Part shown: positions 12,060 to 25,900 of the stretch, one piece after another
How the letters are laid out: each line of letters begins with the position of its first letter
Position numbering within the stretch: position 1 is the stretch's first letter
Assembly (NCBI RefSeq): GCF_004010195.1
Contig: NC_057751.1
Location: forward strand, 11,398,578-11,462,577
Direction of reading: 5' to 3'
Source of the DNA: Chiloscyllium plagiosum
Lineage: Eukaryota
Length of the DNA stretch: 64,000 bases
Notes under the pieces: generated by a model
The model's database searches: none
Seen by the model: only the letters and a program-made list of their open reading frames with translations
What the model was told of the DNA's origin: nothing
Made by a program: the position numbers and the translations under genes

Positions 12060-13600
12060 TAATAGCAGAAATGGTCCATTCAGCCCTTCAATTCTACTCA
12101 GCTATTGGGTAAGGTTATGACTGATCTGATGAATCCTTGAATCTACTTTCCTGCCTTCCATCCATAACTCTTGATTCCCTTCATGTTTATCATGGCCCTA
12201 ATTGCATATAAAGATCAAATCTCGAAAGCCCTCTGTGGTTAAGAATTCCACAGACTACCTACTCTCTGGGAGAAGAATTCCATCCTCATTTTTCTTAAAT
12301 GAGTGAGCTGTTCCTTTAAGATGATGCTGTCTGGTCCAAGACTCTCCCACGAGATCAAACATCTTTTCTGTATCTGCCCTGTCAAGTCCCCTGAGGAACT
12401 TTTATGTTTCAATAAAGTTGCATCTCATTATTCCATCTTCTAATGATGACAGGCCCAACCTACTCACAAGATAATCCTTCTCCATGCATGATCCACCAAA
12501 TGAATATTCACCGGATCACCTCCCATGCCAGTGTGTCTTTCCTCAGATAAGGCGATCAAAACTGTTCACAGTATTCCAGTCGAGAACCCTGTGTAGTTTT
12601 TTTTTGCAAAACCTCCTCTCTTCTATACCCCATTCTCTTAAAATTCATATTCCTTTTGCCTTCCATATTACCTGCTGAATTTGAATGCCAGCCTTTTGTG
12701 AGTCATGCAGAAGAACCCCAAAATCCTTTGATATTGCGGCTTTCTTTTCTCTTGCTCCATTTAAATCATATTCAGCTCTTCCAGCCTAAACACATGACCT
12801 CGCATTTTCCCACATTATATATAGAGTCTTTGCCCACTCACTTAACCTGTCTCTTTCCCCAATTCAGTTTCTCTGTGTCAGCTTCACCACTTACCTTCCC
12901 ACCTATTTTTATGTCAGGTGCAAACGTGGCTATAGAATTCACAGTCTCCATCCAAGTCATAAATATACATTGTAAATAACTGTGGCCCCAGTACTAATCC
13001 CTGTGGCATTCCATTACTTCCAGGTTGCCTTCCTGAAAACATCCCCTTCTATTCGTTAGTTAATCCTTTGTCCGATCCCCAACACCATGGGCTCCTACCA
13101 TGGTAAGTCACCAACTGTATGAGACCATATTAATTGTCTTTGGCAAATCAAAATATATTGCAGTTACTGCTTCCCCTTTATCTATCCTGATTGTTACCTT
13201 GCCAAGAAATTCCAGGAAATTTGTCAGGTATGATTTCCCCTTCATGAAGACATCCCAACTCTAATCACATTATCAACATCTAAATGCTCCTCCGTTACAT
13301 CCGTTATATTAGTCTAACATTTTCCCAGTGATAGACGTAAAGCTAGCTGGCCGATAGTTAACTTTTTTTTTGTATTCCTCCTTTTTTTGAACAAGGGAAT
13401 TTTATTGCCAATTTTCCATTGCTCTGGAACTTTACCAGAATCTGAGGATTCGTGGAAGATGACTAAAACTGAATCCAATATCTCTGCAGCTACTATGACT
13501 CATGTTCTAGGATACAAGCCATCAGGTCAAGATGATGTGTTGGCCTTCAAATCCTTGCCTTTCCCAGGTACCTTCCCTCTGCTGAAAGCTAATGTATTCA
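12060..13600 (-). mobile_element. Old degenerate CR1 ORF2 remnant
   Basis: Reverse-strand remnants of the NYRPxSL and GxPQGxVLGP regions plus the 3' UTR. Confidence 0.6.
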
Positions 13601-13780
13601 TTCCCTCTCCCACTTTTGCCGCTATTATGTTGTAGCTTTGGAAAGTTGTCATGAGTGGAAGTCATGGGCTTGGAAAGTGCTGTTGGTGGAGCCCAGTTGA
13701 ATTTCTGCAGTGCCTCTTGTAGATTATACACACTACTGATGCTCTCTGGTGAAGAGAGTGAATGATGATGGTGGTGGTTT

Positions 13781-16700
13781 ACATAGAACATTGAACAGTA
13801 TAGCACAGAACAGGCCCTTCAGCCCTCCATGTTGTGCTGACGTTTTATCCTACCCTAAGATCAAACTAACCCACCTCCCCTTCATTGTACTATCTTCCAT
13901 GTGCCTATCCAAGAGTCGCTTAAATGTCCCTCATGTATCTCACTCTACGACCACTGCTGGCAGTGCATTTCACACACCCACCACTCTCTGTGTAAAGAAC
14001 CTACCTCTGACATCTCCCCTCCATCTTCCCCCAATCACCTTAAAATTATGTCCCCTTGTGATAGCCATTTCTGCCCTGGGAAAAAGTTTCTGGCTATCCA
14101 CTCTGTCTATGCTTCTCATGATCTGGTATACCTCCATCAAGTCACCTCTCATCTTTCTTCACTCCAATGAGGAAAGCCCTCGCACCCTCAACCTTTCTTC
14201 ATAAGACATGCCATCCAGTCCAAGCAGCACCCTGGTAAATCTCTTCTGCACTCTCTCGAAAGCTTCCACATCCTTCCTATAATGAAGCAACCAGAACTGA
14301 ACACAATATTCCAAGTGTGGTCAAACCAGGGCTTTATGGAACTACAGCATAACCTTGTGGCTCTTAACTCAATCCCCCTGCTTATGAAAGCCAACACACC
14401 ATACGCCTTTTTAACAACCCTATCAGGTTTGGTGGCAACTTTGAGGGATGTATGGATGGGGACCCCAAGATCCCTTTGTTCCTCCACACTGCCAAGAATG
14501 CTGCCTTTAACCCTGTAATCTGGATTCAAATTCGACCTTCCAAAGTGAATGACTTCACACTTTTCCAGGTTGAATTCCATCTGCCACTTATCAGCCCAGT
14601 TCTGCATCCTGTCAATGTGTCATTACAACTTACAACAGCCCTTCACACTATCCACCACTCTACCAACCTTCGTGTCATCAGCAAACATACTAACACACCC
14701 TTCCACTTACTCATCCAAGTTATTTATAAAAATCACAAAAAGCAGAGGTCCCAGAACAGATCCTTGCAGAACACCACTGGTCACCGAACTCTAGGCTGAA
14801 TACTTTCCATCTACCAGCACCCTCTGTCTTCTGTGTGCCAGTCAATTCTGTATCCAGGCAGCTAGATTTCCCTGTATCCCATGCGTCCTTACTTTCTGAA
14901 TGAACCTACCATGGGGAACCTTATCAAATGCCTTGCTAAAATTCATGTGCACCACATCCACTGCTCTACCTTCATCAATGTGTTTTGTCACATCCTCAAA
15001 GAATTCAATGAGATTTGTGAGGCATGACCTGCCCCTCACAAAGCCATGCCGACTGTCTCTAATCAAACTGTGCTTTTCCAGTAATCATAAATCATGTCTC
15101 TCAGAATCCTCTCCAATAATTTGCCCACCAAAGAAATAAGACTGACTGGTCTGTAATTCCCAGGATTATCCCTATTCCCTTTCTCGAACAAGGGAATAAG
15201 ATTTACCACCCTCCAGCCATCTGGGCACTACTCCAGTGGACTGTGGGGACACAAAGATCATCGCCAAAGGTACAGCAATCCCTCACTTCCTGTAGTAACC
15301 CAGGGGATCTCTTGTCTCGTCCAGGGGACTTATTTATCCTTATGTTTTTCAAATTCAGTACATTCTCCTTCTTAACATCAACTTTTTCAAGGATATCAGC
15401 CTGTTCACGCTGTCCTCACAAACATCAAGGTCCCACTCAGTAGTGAATAGAACAGAACAGAAGAAAATAGAATCCCTCCAGTGTGGAAACAGTCTATTTG
15501 GCTCAACAAGTCTTTCCTAAAGCAAAGTATTAATTAAGGACCTCCCTTACCTCCTCCTACTCCAGCCACAAGTTTTCTCCACTCTCCCTGATCAGTCCTA
15601 CCCTCACTCTAGCCATCCTGTTGTTCCTCACATAAGCGTAGAATGCCTTAGAGTTTTCCTTAATCCTACCTGCTAAGGCTTTTTCATGCCTCCTTCCAGC
15701 TCTCCCAAGTTCATTCTTCAGTTCCTTCCCGGCTACCTCTAAAACCCTGTTTGATTCTTGCTTCCTCAACCTGAATAAGCTTCCTGCTTCCTCTTGACGA
15801 GATGTTCCACATCCCTTGTCCCCCAAGGTTCTTTCAATCTACCATTCCTTCCTTGCCTCAGGGTCCAGCACTATCAGCAAGAACAACCTCCACTTTTCTG
15901 TCGTGCTTTCCCTGAGAATATCCGTTCCCAATTTAGGTGCCCAGTTCCTGCCTAATAACATTGTAATTCCACCTCCCCCAGTTAAATACTTTCCCGTACT
16001 GTTTGCTCATATGCTTCTCTGAGTTTTATAAAGGTCAGTGATTTGTGATCACTATCACCGAAACGCTTTCCCACTAAGAGATCTGACACCTGATCTAGTT
16101 CGTTGCCAAGCACCAAATCCAATATGGCCTCCCCTCTCGTCAGCCTATCTATGTATTGAGTCAGGAATCCTTCCTGGATGCACCTGATAAAAAACTGCTC
16201 CACCCAAACTATTTGCACTAAGGAGGTTCCAGTCAATATTGCGGAAGTTAAAGTCACCCACAACAACAACCCTGTAACTTCTGCACCTTTCCAAAATCTG
16301 CCTCCCAATCTGCTCCTCTGTGTCTCTGTTGCTATTGGGAGGTCTGTGGAAAACTCCCAATAAAGTGACTGCTGTTTTCCTGTTTCTGACTTCCACCCAT
16401 ACTGACTCAGTAGACAAACACTCCTCAACAACCTCCCTTTCTACAGCCGTGATACTGTCCCTGACTAGCAATGCCACTCATCCACCTCTTTTACCTCTCT
16501 CCCCATTCCCTTTGAAACTTCTAAGCTCTGAGACATCCAATAACCTTTCCTGCCCCTGTGATCTCCAAATCTCTGAAATGGCCACAACATCACAGTTCCA
16601 AGTACTGATCCATACTTTGCATTTGTCATCCTTATACTTCTTGCATTAAAATGGACACACTTCAATCCATCACACTGACTGCACCGTTGCCCTATCAAGT

Positions 16701-17170
16701 GTCTATCCCTCCTCGCAGACTCCCTGCACACTGTATCTGGCTGTGCACGACCTACTTCATCATCTGATCCATAGCTCAGGTTCCCACCCCCACCAATCTC
16801 GTTTAAACCCTCCCGAAGAGCTCTAGCAAACCTCCCACCCAGGATATTGGTACCCCTCCAGTTCAGGTACAACCAATCCTTCTTGTATAGGTCCTACCTC
16901 CTCCAGAAGGTATCCCAGTGATCCACTATCTGAAGCCCTCCCTCCTATACCAGCCCTGCAGCCACGTGTTCATCGGCACTCGCTCTCTATTCCAAGCCTC
17001 ACTTGCCCGTGGCACTGGTAACAATCCTGAGGTTACTACTCTGCTTGTCCTGCCTTTTAACTTCCAAACTAAATCCCTATATTCTCTTTTCATGTCCTCC
17101 TCTCTTATCCCAGCTATGTCATTGGTATCGATATGTACCACGTCTTCTGGTTGTTCCCCATCTCCTTAAG
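13781..17170 (-). mobile_element. Long CR1 LINE (ORF1 esterase, APE, RT, 3' tail) with internal deletions; inactive
   Basis: VHIDTNDI...VVTSGLLPVP (ORF1); GVFHRPPNS, VVVGDFNF (APE); HGFVRGRSCLTNLIEFF, FSKAFDKVPH, WADKWQMEFNLEKC (RT); tail at 13781. Confidence 0.92.
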
Positions 17171-17709
17171 AATCCTGTATCTGAGATTTAGGTGCCAATA
17201 AAGTTAACAAAAGCACTATATAAATGCGAATCTCTCCTTTATTTCTGATGAGGTTTCATTCAACAATTAGCATAGCATGTATCAAGGCCTTTTGAAAGCA
17301 GGAAGCTGTTACCAATGCCAAAGTCAGCACTTGTCGTGAAACATTCAACTTCCTCTTCCTGAACCCTGTTAATCTGAATTCTGGTATCTTGTTTTACTTC
17401 CTTACTTTTTCCAATATTTTGAACAACTATGTGTTCCTTTTAAGTAAATAATGGAAAGCGAATAATATCTTACATGCATTATCAGCACAGCTTGTTCTGT
17501 CAGTCAGACATAAATGTGGACACTGTCAGTGCAGAGTCCCACTGTCAATGCCTGATTTGCAACAACAGATCCATTCATATGCTTGGTCTTCCCTCAGGGA
17601 GTGAAACACTGATGTCACTTTGTCACCATTTTAACCCAAAGAGGTCTGGGACAAGGTTTCGATGCCTAAAATAATACAATAAGCTTCATGATCATGTATC
17701 CTCAGAGCA

Positions 17710-18080
17710 CCAGCAATTAAGAAAAACATCCTTGTGTTTTCATCCTGGATTTTCATGCTGCTCCATAGCTTCATCTTTCTGGATATCTGTAACCTCCAAC
17801 AACCCATAGTTTCCTCAAGAAATCTGCAGACTTCCAACTCTGGCCTCTTAAGCATTTCCTGATGTAATGATCCCACACTGCCTTCACCTTCCCACTTCGA
17901 CATCTCTCCCGACCTGTCTCTCATTTTTAATAACCTCCTTAAAACCGACCTCTTCCAACCGAATACTTCTCATTTTGTGACTTGGTGACAAGTTTAGTTT
18001 GCTGATGCTGCTGTGAAGCAGTTTTGGATACCTTGCTGTGTTAAGGGCACTATATAAATACAAGATGCTGTTGCTGTTAT
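17710..18080 (+). mobile_element. L2-type LINE 3' end remnant
   Basis: Ends in aagggcactatataaatacaagatgctgttgctgtt, a typical L2-like tail. Confidence 0.5.
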
Positions 18081-18954
18081 ATTCAATGAGAAACCACCTG
18101 AATTCAAATAAAAATTAACCTTTGCTGCAAATAGAGGGATGTTGTCAAAGTACTTTTGTCTTGCATTCTTCAGGACAGAATTACAAGAATTTCCAGTTTC
18201 AAAGGGAATAACAACTTGTACTGTGTGAAGACAGGGTTTTGATTGGTTGTCACTTTAATTCTTATTGGCATGGACATTGCGATGCCGAACGTATGTGTGT
18301 TGCATACATGTGGATATATAATCTGTGAATTCAATTGTAACCATAACATTTTGTCCATCACTTGATAAACAGGATAAAACTCTGTCCAGGGACTGATGTG
18401 CAGATATGCTGCATGCACAGTAACACTGGGGACAGGTTCACAGGAATCAATTTGCCTTATGTCTGTATGATCCAGAATCAGTCTGTCTGGTGTAGAGATG
18501 TCACAAGCAGATTCTGGGAGCTATGCATGGTCCAAAGCTTGTCCAAATTGAACATGTGTTAAATAATGACCAAATGGATAGAGGCCTGGTGGAGCTGAGT
18601 TGAACTGGAAACCTGCCCCTTGACAGGAGTCAGTTCCATGTCTTGATGCACATACCAGGTGGTCTTGTATGGTACACCTGGAGAGACTGTGGGTGGTTTA
18701 GGCTTTTTCATTCTGAAAAGATGGCATCACATCTGTCATTCTTTCCTGGATGTACACACACTCAAGACACAGACTTTCTGCTGATGATCAATTTAATTCT
18801 TCCTACCTGCATGTACCACATTCAAAATAAGTGTCCTTCAGCTCAGTTTACAGTGCCAGCCATTTCAATGTCATTTCTCATAAGCAACGGTTCAGAAGGA
18901 AAGTGACTCCCAAAAAAATGCCTGAGTAACAAGTCAGACCGCTGAGTTGAGTCT

Positions 18955-19579
18955 GTATAATGAGACTTCCTACTATGGACCAAACCAAACCCCCTTCAAA
19001 TATTCACAAGGTAACCTAGACCTGAACCTTTTCTCATTTTACAAGTAAATGTCAGGTGCTGCATTCCAGATGCAATTTGATTGGTCAAACTATTGGATTT
19101 AGAGCAAAACACACTTTATTCATCCACTATAGTTAAAATATAATGAAAGAAAGAAGGAATTGGAATAACTTAACCCTGTCGGAAAACTTAACAGAAAATA
19201 GATACAGCAACTATTACTAACTAACTGTTCCAGTATCGTAACAGTACATGAACACAAAGGCAAATTCAGAAAACATACTGTCTCGCACGCAACTCCTGTC
19301 ATAGGAAGAGAACCTGCAGATTTTGGCTGTAACTTTAGAGGGAAAAAATAGTTTTCATTTCTTCCAGACCCCAACAGCAAGTGCTGAAAGCCAAAACTAA
19401 AAACTTTGGTCTGTGGGAGTGGGCCCACAGCCATTCAGACTGGTTCTACTGGTCCAATTTAAAAATAAAACCCAAAACTGCACAAGTTATTGATCTTCTG
19501 AAATGCTGCTGATAACCTGTTCCCCAATCTCCCTTGAAAAGAAATCAGACACACCTCTTAAAGCCACAGGGTAGTTACA
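18955..19579 (-). mobile_element. Possible solo LTR
   Basis: Termini tgtataatg... and ...gttaca; minus-strand AATAAA near 19115; no clear TSD. Confidence 0.35.
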
Positions 19580-20794
19580 TGTCCACTTTTTGGTTTCTGG
19601 TCACTTGGTTAATGTGTTCACGCAATTGTTGGAATGCAAATACTAATCCATAGCAGAGCTTCAAAGGTTTCCCTTGTGCTTTGTAGCAAAGGGAATAAAC
19701 TTTCAACCCCAGCTCATGGGTTCATCCCAAATGGAAGAAAGTGCTCTCAAGTATTGAGACAATTTCCACCCAGTCCCTGGTGCCCATCCACCTCTGACAA
19801 TGGATACTTCTATCAGATTGTTTCATTCATGCAGCAGGAAGGTGTCAGTGTTTAATCTGGATTTAGATGTGCAGTGACCCCTTTTGGGGTCGAGATCTAT
19901 AAGTAGATGATGGCTTTTGTACCAGCAAGATGGACATCACAACACTCAGGCTCAGCCTATTGTGCTTTTTGCACTCTTTACCTCTGTTGCTAAATCTAGC
20001 AAAAAATGGCAACACCATTTGTTTTTAACCTGCTGCTCTGCAGCTGGTGACTGTTTCTATGTGATATTAGTTAGGGCTGGGCTGGGAATTTTGCAAAGAC
20101 TGTGTAACTGCCTTCCTTGAATAGAAAGCAGCAACTCAAACTCAGTGACAGGGCACTGAATTCCATGGGGAGGGGTGCTTGGTTCACTAATTATGCTCTT
20201 TCTCACTGAGCTTGCAGCACACGCACTCACCCTGCAGGGCAGTGCCGTCAGTTTGCTCGCATGTGTCTGTGTTTGGAATGTGCTGGCTGGGAGAGCCCAT
20301 TTTCTCCCCGAGGTAGAGAACCATCAACATGGGAGAGGAAAACAAACACACCGTTGTGGCTGGGCATCCCTCGATAGAAGAATGGTGTGCCCCGGAATAT
20401 ATCAGAGAGAGAAGCCTTTTCTTCTTTCAGACAGCAGCTTTGGACACACATCCTTCTGTGGTGTAGTTGCTGTCATCTGGGTCAGCTTTTACTCTGCAGC
20501 CAAGTGCCAGGGACCCTCGAATTCCTCACCACTGACTTTATTTGAGCCTATTGTGTTTTTTGCACTGTCCTGTTATGTGCAGCCTTGGCTCGAGGTGACG
20601 CTGATGGCATGTGATTGGCCCAGGATCTGGCAAGAGTTCAGCAGTTTGAAGAACTCGAGCAGTCAATGCAGGAACTGCAGTCCCACTGCAGCATTGAGTG
20701 TGTGTGAGTGTGTGTGTATGTGAGACTCTGTGTCTGTGTTAGAGCCTACCTCACCATCACAGGCTTCTCTGCGACCACTGACAAAACTTTCAGA

Positions 20795-20862
20795 ATGGGA
20801 GGGTCTCAGTCCCAGCACCAGCACAAGGGAGGGGTGAGACCTTCAAAAGAGAAGGCAAGCAT
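20795..20862 (+). CDS. tacc1: Alternative first coding exon of a TACC-family protein with a myristoylated N-terminus, MGGSQSQHQHKGGVRPSKEKAS(I/M); tacc1 favoured over tacc2
   Basis: Strong Kozak agaATGG, MGxxxS motif, consensus donor AT|GTAAGT (phase 2), in a repeat-poor block. From memory it resembles human TACC1 MGGSHSQ and TACC2 MGGSQS alternative N-termini. The downstream SDSE exon was not found in the window. Confidence 0.65.
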
Positions 20863-22734
20863 GTAAGTCATCCATCATCTAACCATCTTTCAATTTCAAT
20901 ACGAGAGCAACCAATTATGTGTTTGAGTTTTGTCTGTCTCTTTGATTTTTAAGTGTCATTTGCTTAGCCACTGCATACAAGCTTGAGTGGTTAATTCTAT
21001 TTAAAATGGAAATGTATCAAATGTGGTGCTCATCTAATGTGTGTATGTTCTTGTCAATGTGTTTTTTTTTCTGTGTCATTCCTTATTTTGAGAATTTATC
21101 CGTGTTGCAATAATCCGAGGACAGGCTGAGCTGTGACCACTATCACTTGGAACCAGCAAATCAAGGTCAGCTTGATCTGTTTGAAACGATTCTGCCATTG
21201 TCTCGCTGCTGCCGTTTTCTCTGTTTATTTTCATTCCTGTTTCAAAAATTCTTTCCTAGCCATCAGGCCTCGTGTCCCTCCTCCTGTCTGACATCCATTT
21301 CATTGCCAGGAGGGATTTCTGGAGAAGTGACCCACTTTCCTTGTCCATGTCATGAAGGGGACACTGAAAGATGTGAATTCTGATTTCAGGCCCATGTTGT
21401 CTGATCCCTGTTGACTGAGGCACTGCACTGTCATGAGTTTCACTCAGGCCATACTCTTGTTTACAGGAAGAAACTGCTCATGTGTCTTTACAGGCACCTC
21501 TCCCAAGTTCCACAGCACCCCAGCTGGAATACATCAGTGTTCATTACTGATAATAAACGTCAAGCGCAAGCACAGAAAACGTGAATCCACAACAAATTTG
21601 CTGCACTGTTTACTGCTGCTTTTTTAACCCTTGAATCTCCTCCTGTCAGCTCTCACTTTGAGTAGGTTTTGTCTGAGCCTGTTCACTCATGGAATGGAGG
21701 ATATTGAGGGATCTTTGTGGTTATGTCACCTGCCAGGAATGAATGTGTGAGAACTGGTGATTTTTGTTCTTGATGCAAACCACATGATTTGAGTAGCCAA
21801 ATGGGGAAGGAGCCAGGTCAACGGCAGGAGCTTTTCACAAAGGGTCCGAATCTTCTGACCCAGTCTACTCCCGCTTCTGTGGCAATCTCACCATCGTGGT
21901 GAAAAATGAACACTCTCTATGGAGGCAAACCTATCCCAGCATCCATAGCAGAAGTGGAAGCCCTCTATTAAAATTATGAACCTCCTCTTTGAGGAATCTT
22001 ATTTGCTCAATCAGCCTCCAAGGAATTTGACAAAGGGGAGTGAATATGAAAAGAAATACATTGTGTCATGACTGTCGCAGATGCTCCATATCTAAAATTG
22101 GTTCAAAAACAGTTGGTTGAATAGTCAGTATGCACCTTGCCCTTTGTCAGGCATGGTGGCTGTATGAGCACAGAACAACAAGACAAATACCACAGGGCAA
22201 AATCAATCAGACTGTTTGCTTTCAGGTAGAAGGTGCAATGGAAACACGTTTTCGGCTGCACGACAACTTGTGCAATGGCTGCTATGTTTAGTATCCCGTT
22301 CCAGGCTCCATCAAGTGAGTTTCGCTCAAAAATGATTTATCTTGTCTGTACCAATGGGGTAGATGACTCATTGGTTACTTACATAGCGGGAAGGGAATGG
22401 GACGGAGATGGTTCAATTGGAGGGATGGTGACTGTTGTGTACATCTCACGGTCAGAAAATCATTAAGAGACAAACTCAGCAGATCATGACTGTGTCACAG
22501 CATGTGGCCTGACGGTATGAAGGCCTTAGGCTTCATGTTAACTTGGGCCACTTGAAGCATGACATGCTGATTAACTCTTTGTAACTGAACAGCTGAATGT
22601 TAGCCCAGACATGGAAGTCGGCCATGAATTAAATATTTACATGGCTTTATGAGCTAGAATAACATGTGAACAGATGTTGGAGTTTTCATGTTATGTTCCT
22701 ACGTCTTTATTGTATAACATATTGCTGCATTGAG

Positions 22735-23360
22735 ATTTCGTGGCAAAAGTGAGTTAACGAAAGCTTGCCAATGGAATACAATGTGGGAATATGTGAGGTT
22801 TTTCCTTTGGCAGGAAGAACAGAGGAGCTGAATATTATTTACATGGACAAAGACTGCAGAGAACTCATTGTGCAGGTAACAGTGAAGGACAGTGTTGACT
22901 GTTATTCCAAAGGGAATGATATATGAATATTGGGAAGTCTTGCTAAAACAAGACAAGCACATGACATACCGTACCTTAGAATACTGTGAACAGCTTTGAT
23001 CCCTTTATTTAAGAATAGATGTGATGGCACTATTAGGCAGTCCAGAGAAAGTTCACTAGGCTGGCCCTGGATATGGACAGACTGATGTATCCGGACAGGT
23101 CGAATAGCTTGGGCCTGTACTCATTGGAGTTTAGAAGGATGAGAAGCAGCCTTATTAAAACCTTAAAAAAGATTCTTGGGGGCTTGAGGGAGTAAATGTG
23201 GAACAGTTGTTCCCCATGTGGGGAAGTGTAGGGCATCATTTCAGAATAAGGGTTTCAACAGATGAGGATGAATCCTGTCTCTCAGAGGTCAGTGAATCTG
23301 CGGAATTTTGTACTACAGAGGTCCTGCTGAGGTTGGGTCATTAAGTATATTCAAAGCAGA
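22735..23360 (+). mobile_element. Degenerate CR1 RT C-terminal remnant, followed by an HE1 head at 23362-23485
   Basis: QWNTMWE(WQMEYNV-like) region and gggcctgtactcattggagtttagaaggatgag. Confidence 0.65.
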
Positions 23361-23589
23361 GGGGTGGCATGGTGTCTCAGTGGCTCGCGCTGCTGCCTCC
23401 CAACCCCAGGAACCCAGGTTCGATTCCAGCCTCAGGCAACTGTCTGTGTGAAGTTTGCACATTCTCCCCGTGTCTGTGTGGGTTTCAGTCAGGAAGGGAA
23501 TCAAGAGTTCTGGGGAAAAGGTAGGAAAGTAGAGTTGAAACTTGCCAAATTCGCCATGATCACATTGAATAGCAGACTTGATGAGCCAA

Positions 23590-23955
23590 ATCATAGAATC
23601 CTTACAGTGTAGAAACAGGCCATTTGGCCCAACAAGTCCACACTGACCCTCCAAACAGTAACCCAGCCCCTACACTATTACCCCATATTTACCCCTGAAT
23701 AATGCACCTAGCCGACTCAGCCCCTACCCTATTACCCCATATTTACCCCTGAATAATGTACCTAGCCTACACATCCCTGAACACTATGGGCAATTTAGCA
23801 TGGCCAATTCACCTAGTCTGCACCCAGAGGAAACCCATGCAAACACAGGGAGAATGTTCAAACTCCACACAGACAGTCGCCCAAGGATGGAATCGAACCC
23901 GGGTCCCTGGCGCTGGGAGGCAGCAGTGCTAACCACTGAGCCACCGTGCCGCCCC
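23590..23955 (-). mobile_element. HE1-type SINE with an internal ~54-bp tandem duplication
   Basis: Reverse complement head ggggcggcacggtggctcagtggttagcactgctgcc at 23955. Confidence 0.85.
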
Positions 23956-24840
23956 CAAATGTTTCACTTTTGTTCCTACATTGCATGGCTTTAATTGGAG
24001 GTGACCTCATAGTGCACCGAGAGCAGAGATGCTGCTTCATTTGAGCAGCCAGCGTTACTGCAGGGATTTAGATGATACCTGGGACCTGCACAGCAGCACA
24101 GGGCAGTGTAAGGACTGAAAGGAAGGCAGGATGAGAGGCGGATGTTTGAATCTTTTACTTAGGAACTGGGATTTCCATTCACATGGTCAAAAAAGACAAG
24201 CCTGTCAATGACACCTTAATGAAGCTGACTGAAATTATGAAACTAAACACTGACTGCTCCATTCAGCAACAGTGACCCACATCAAATAGTTCATGAATCA
24301 AGCCACTGCACAGGTATTATGTTGAATGTCAGTCTAGAGGGTTTGTTGTTTAAATAACCAAGGGAGTATTGGCATCCAAGGAGGTGAGGCAAGTTGTCAA
24401 TTAGCCCACCGTTCCTCAGCTGGACTAAGATTCAAAGATTCTGAACCATGTCACAAAACAAATCTAACATTGACCCTTCGTACAGTTGGATCTTGTCGTT
24501 CAATCACTGTGCACTGTGTACAAGTTGATTTTCTGCTTCCAAAACTTGCCTGAAATATAATGTATTCACAGGGCATTCCAATGTCTTCATGGTCCGTTGC
24601 ATATGACCTCAATTCTATTCTGTGCTGTGTTTAATGTTTACAATGTGGGAAGCGATGCCAGGAAATCACTGAGGCAGAAAAAAGAATGGAAAGGAGGGGT
24701 TGTACGTGGATGGAGGGGGACATGATTATCTGAGAAAGAGAGTGGGGCTATGAAACGTGAGGTGGTTGGGCACAGAGAGAAGTTTGCAATGCAGGGGGTT
24801 TGCAGCGAAAGACTAGTAGAGGGCAGGTAAGGGAGCTAAA

Positions 24841-25059
24841 ACAATTCCACAGAGGCCGGTAACCTGTCACCAAGTCTCCCTTTATTTACATTGACTCTGA
24901 CCAGCTAGCACAGAGCCAGTCCCAACAGTCAGGAGAATCCCTCAGGTTCCTGTTTGTAACTGTTAGCCAGGGCTCCCGAATTAGCCCAAGTTAGTAATCC
25001 CAATCAGGGATCTCATACTCAGTGAGGTCTAACTGGCCAACCTCAGTCCAATCACTACA
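24841..25059 (-). mobile_element. Possible short solo LTR
   Basis: Minus strand begins TGTAGTG and has AATAAA near its end; a related terminus (aactccacagaggc...caccaag) recurs at about 51934-51972. Confidence 0.4.
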
Positions 25060-25900
25060 GGAGCAGAGTGGTGCTTACCACAGGGAGAGGCCATTCGAGA
25101 GATTGGAGTGCACAGGTTTATCTGTTTTGGCTGAATCGGGGGAATTGTGTGGCTGAATATGTTATTGTGTGGTCACCCCCAGGAAGGACAGGTGAGGCAG
25201 AGGAGGGTTTACACAGGCAGAGGCCAGCACTTTCAGCTGAGAAATACGGTTGGAGTTTCTCTCAGCTCGAACAACCAAAGTTATTGGACAGAAGGAGTGG
25301 GAAATGATCATGGTGGGAGGGGATGAAACCAGAGTTCCAGGAGGGGAGGGTCTGTGCAAATTACTGAGCCAAAACAACATACACTCTCACCCTCACATCC
25401 TCTTCGGTCTCCCACACAACTGTTTCACATCACTCCAATTCCCACAGCCAGCAGCAAGCTGGTCAATACCACAGAGAATGGGAGCTGGATTGCTCTCTTT
25501 CCCTGACCAGTCAGAAACCAAAGGAGGAGCACTTCACAAACACCAGTTAAAACAGAAAGTGAGACCAAGGGACGATTCTCCATCCAGTGTTGGGTTTGCC
25601 TGTTGGAAAAGGTGGGTGTGTGGTGGTGGCAGGGAAGGAGGGGAGCTGATTTGAGACGCAGGCGGGTTCTCCACTAAAATGTGCCCTTTTATACCAAGAG
25701 AAAGAGGAAGAGGTCGACCTCAGCCAGCACTGAGGTATCTACTGAGGTATCAACACAGCCATCAACCCCAATATCCCTCAGCCAACACTGAAGATGATTG
25801 GGAATATGAGCGTGATCCTTCAGTCACTTTCCCAGGAGTGGGACCGTCATTGACAACATTCAGATGAACTGTCCTGAATGAGATGCTTTCTCAGAGAGAG

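Noticed and set aside
13781..17170. Active full-length LINE
   Set aside because: Multiple stops, frameshifts and internal deletions; the same applies to 51975-55203
20175..20723. 182-aa ORF upstream of the myristoylation exon
   Set aside because: GTG start, no homology recognised, ends in a TG tract; more likely promoter or UTR sequence
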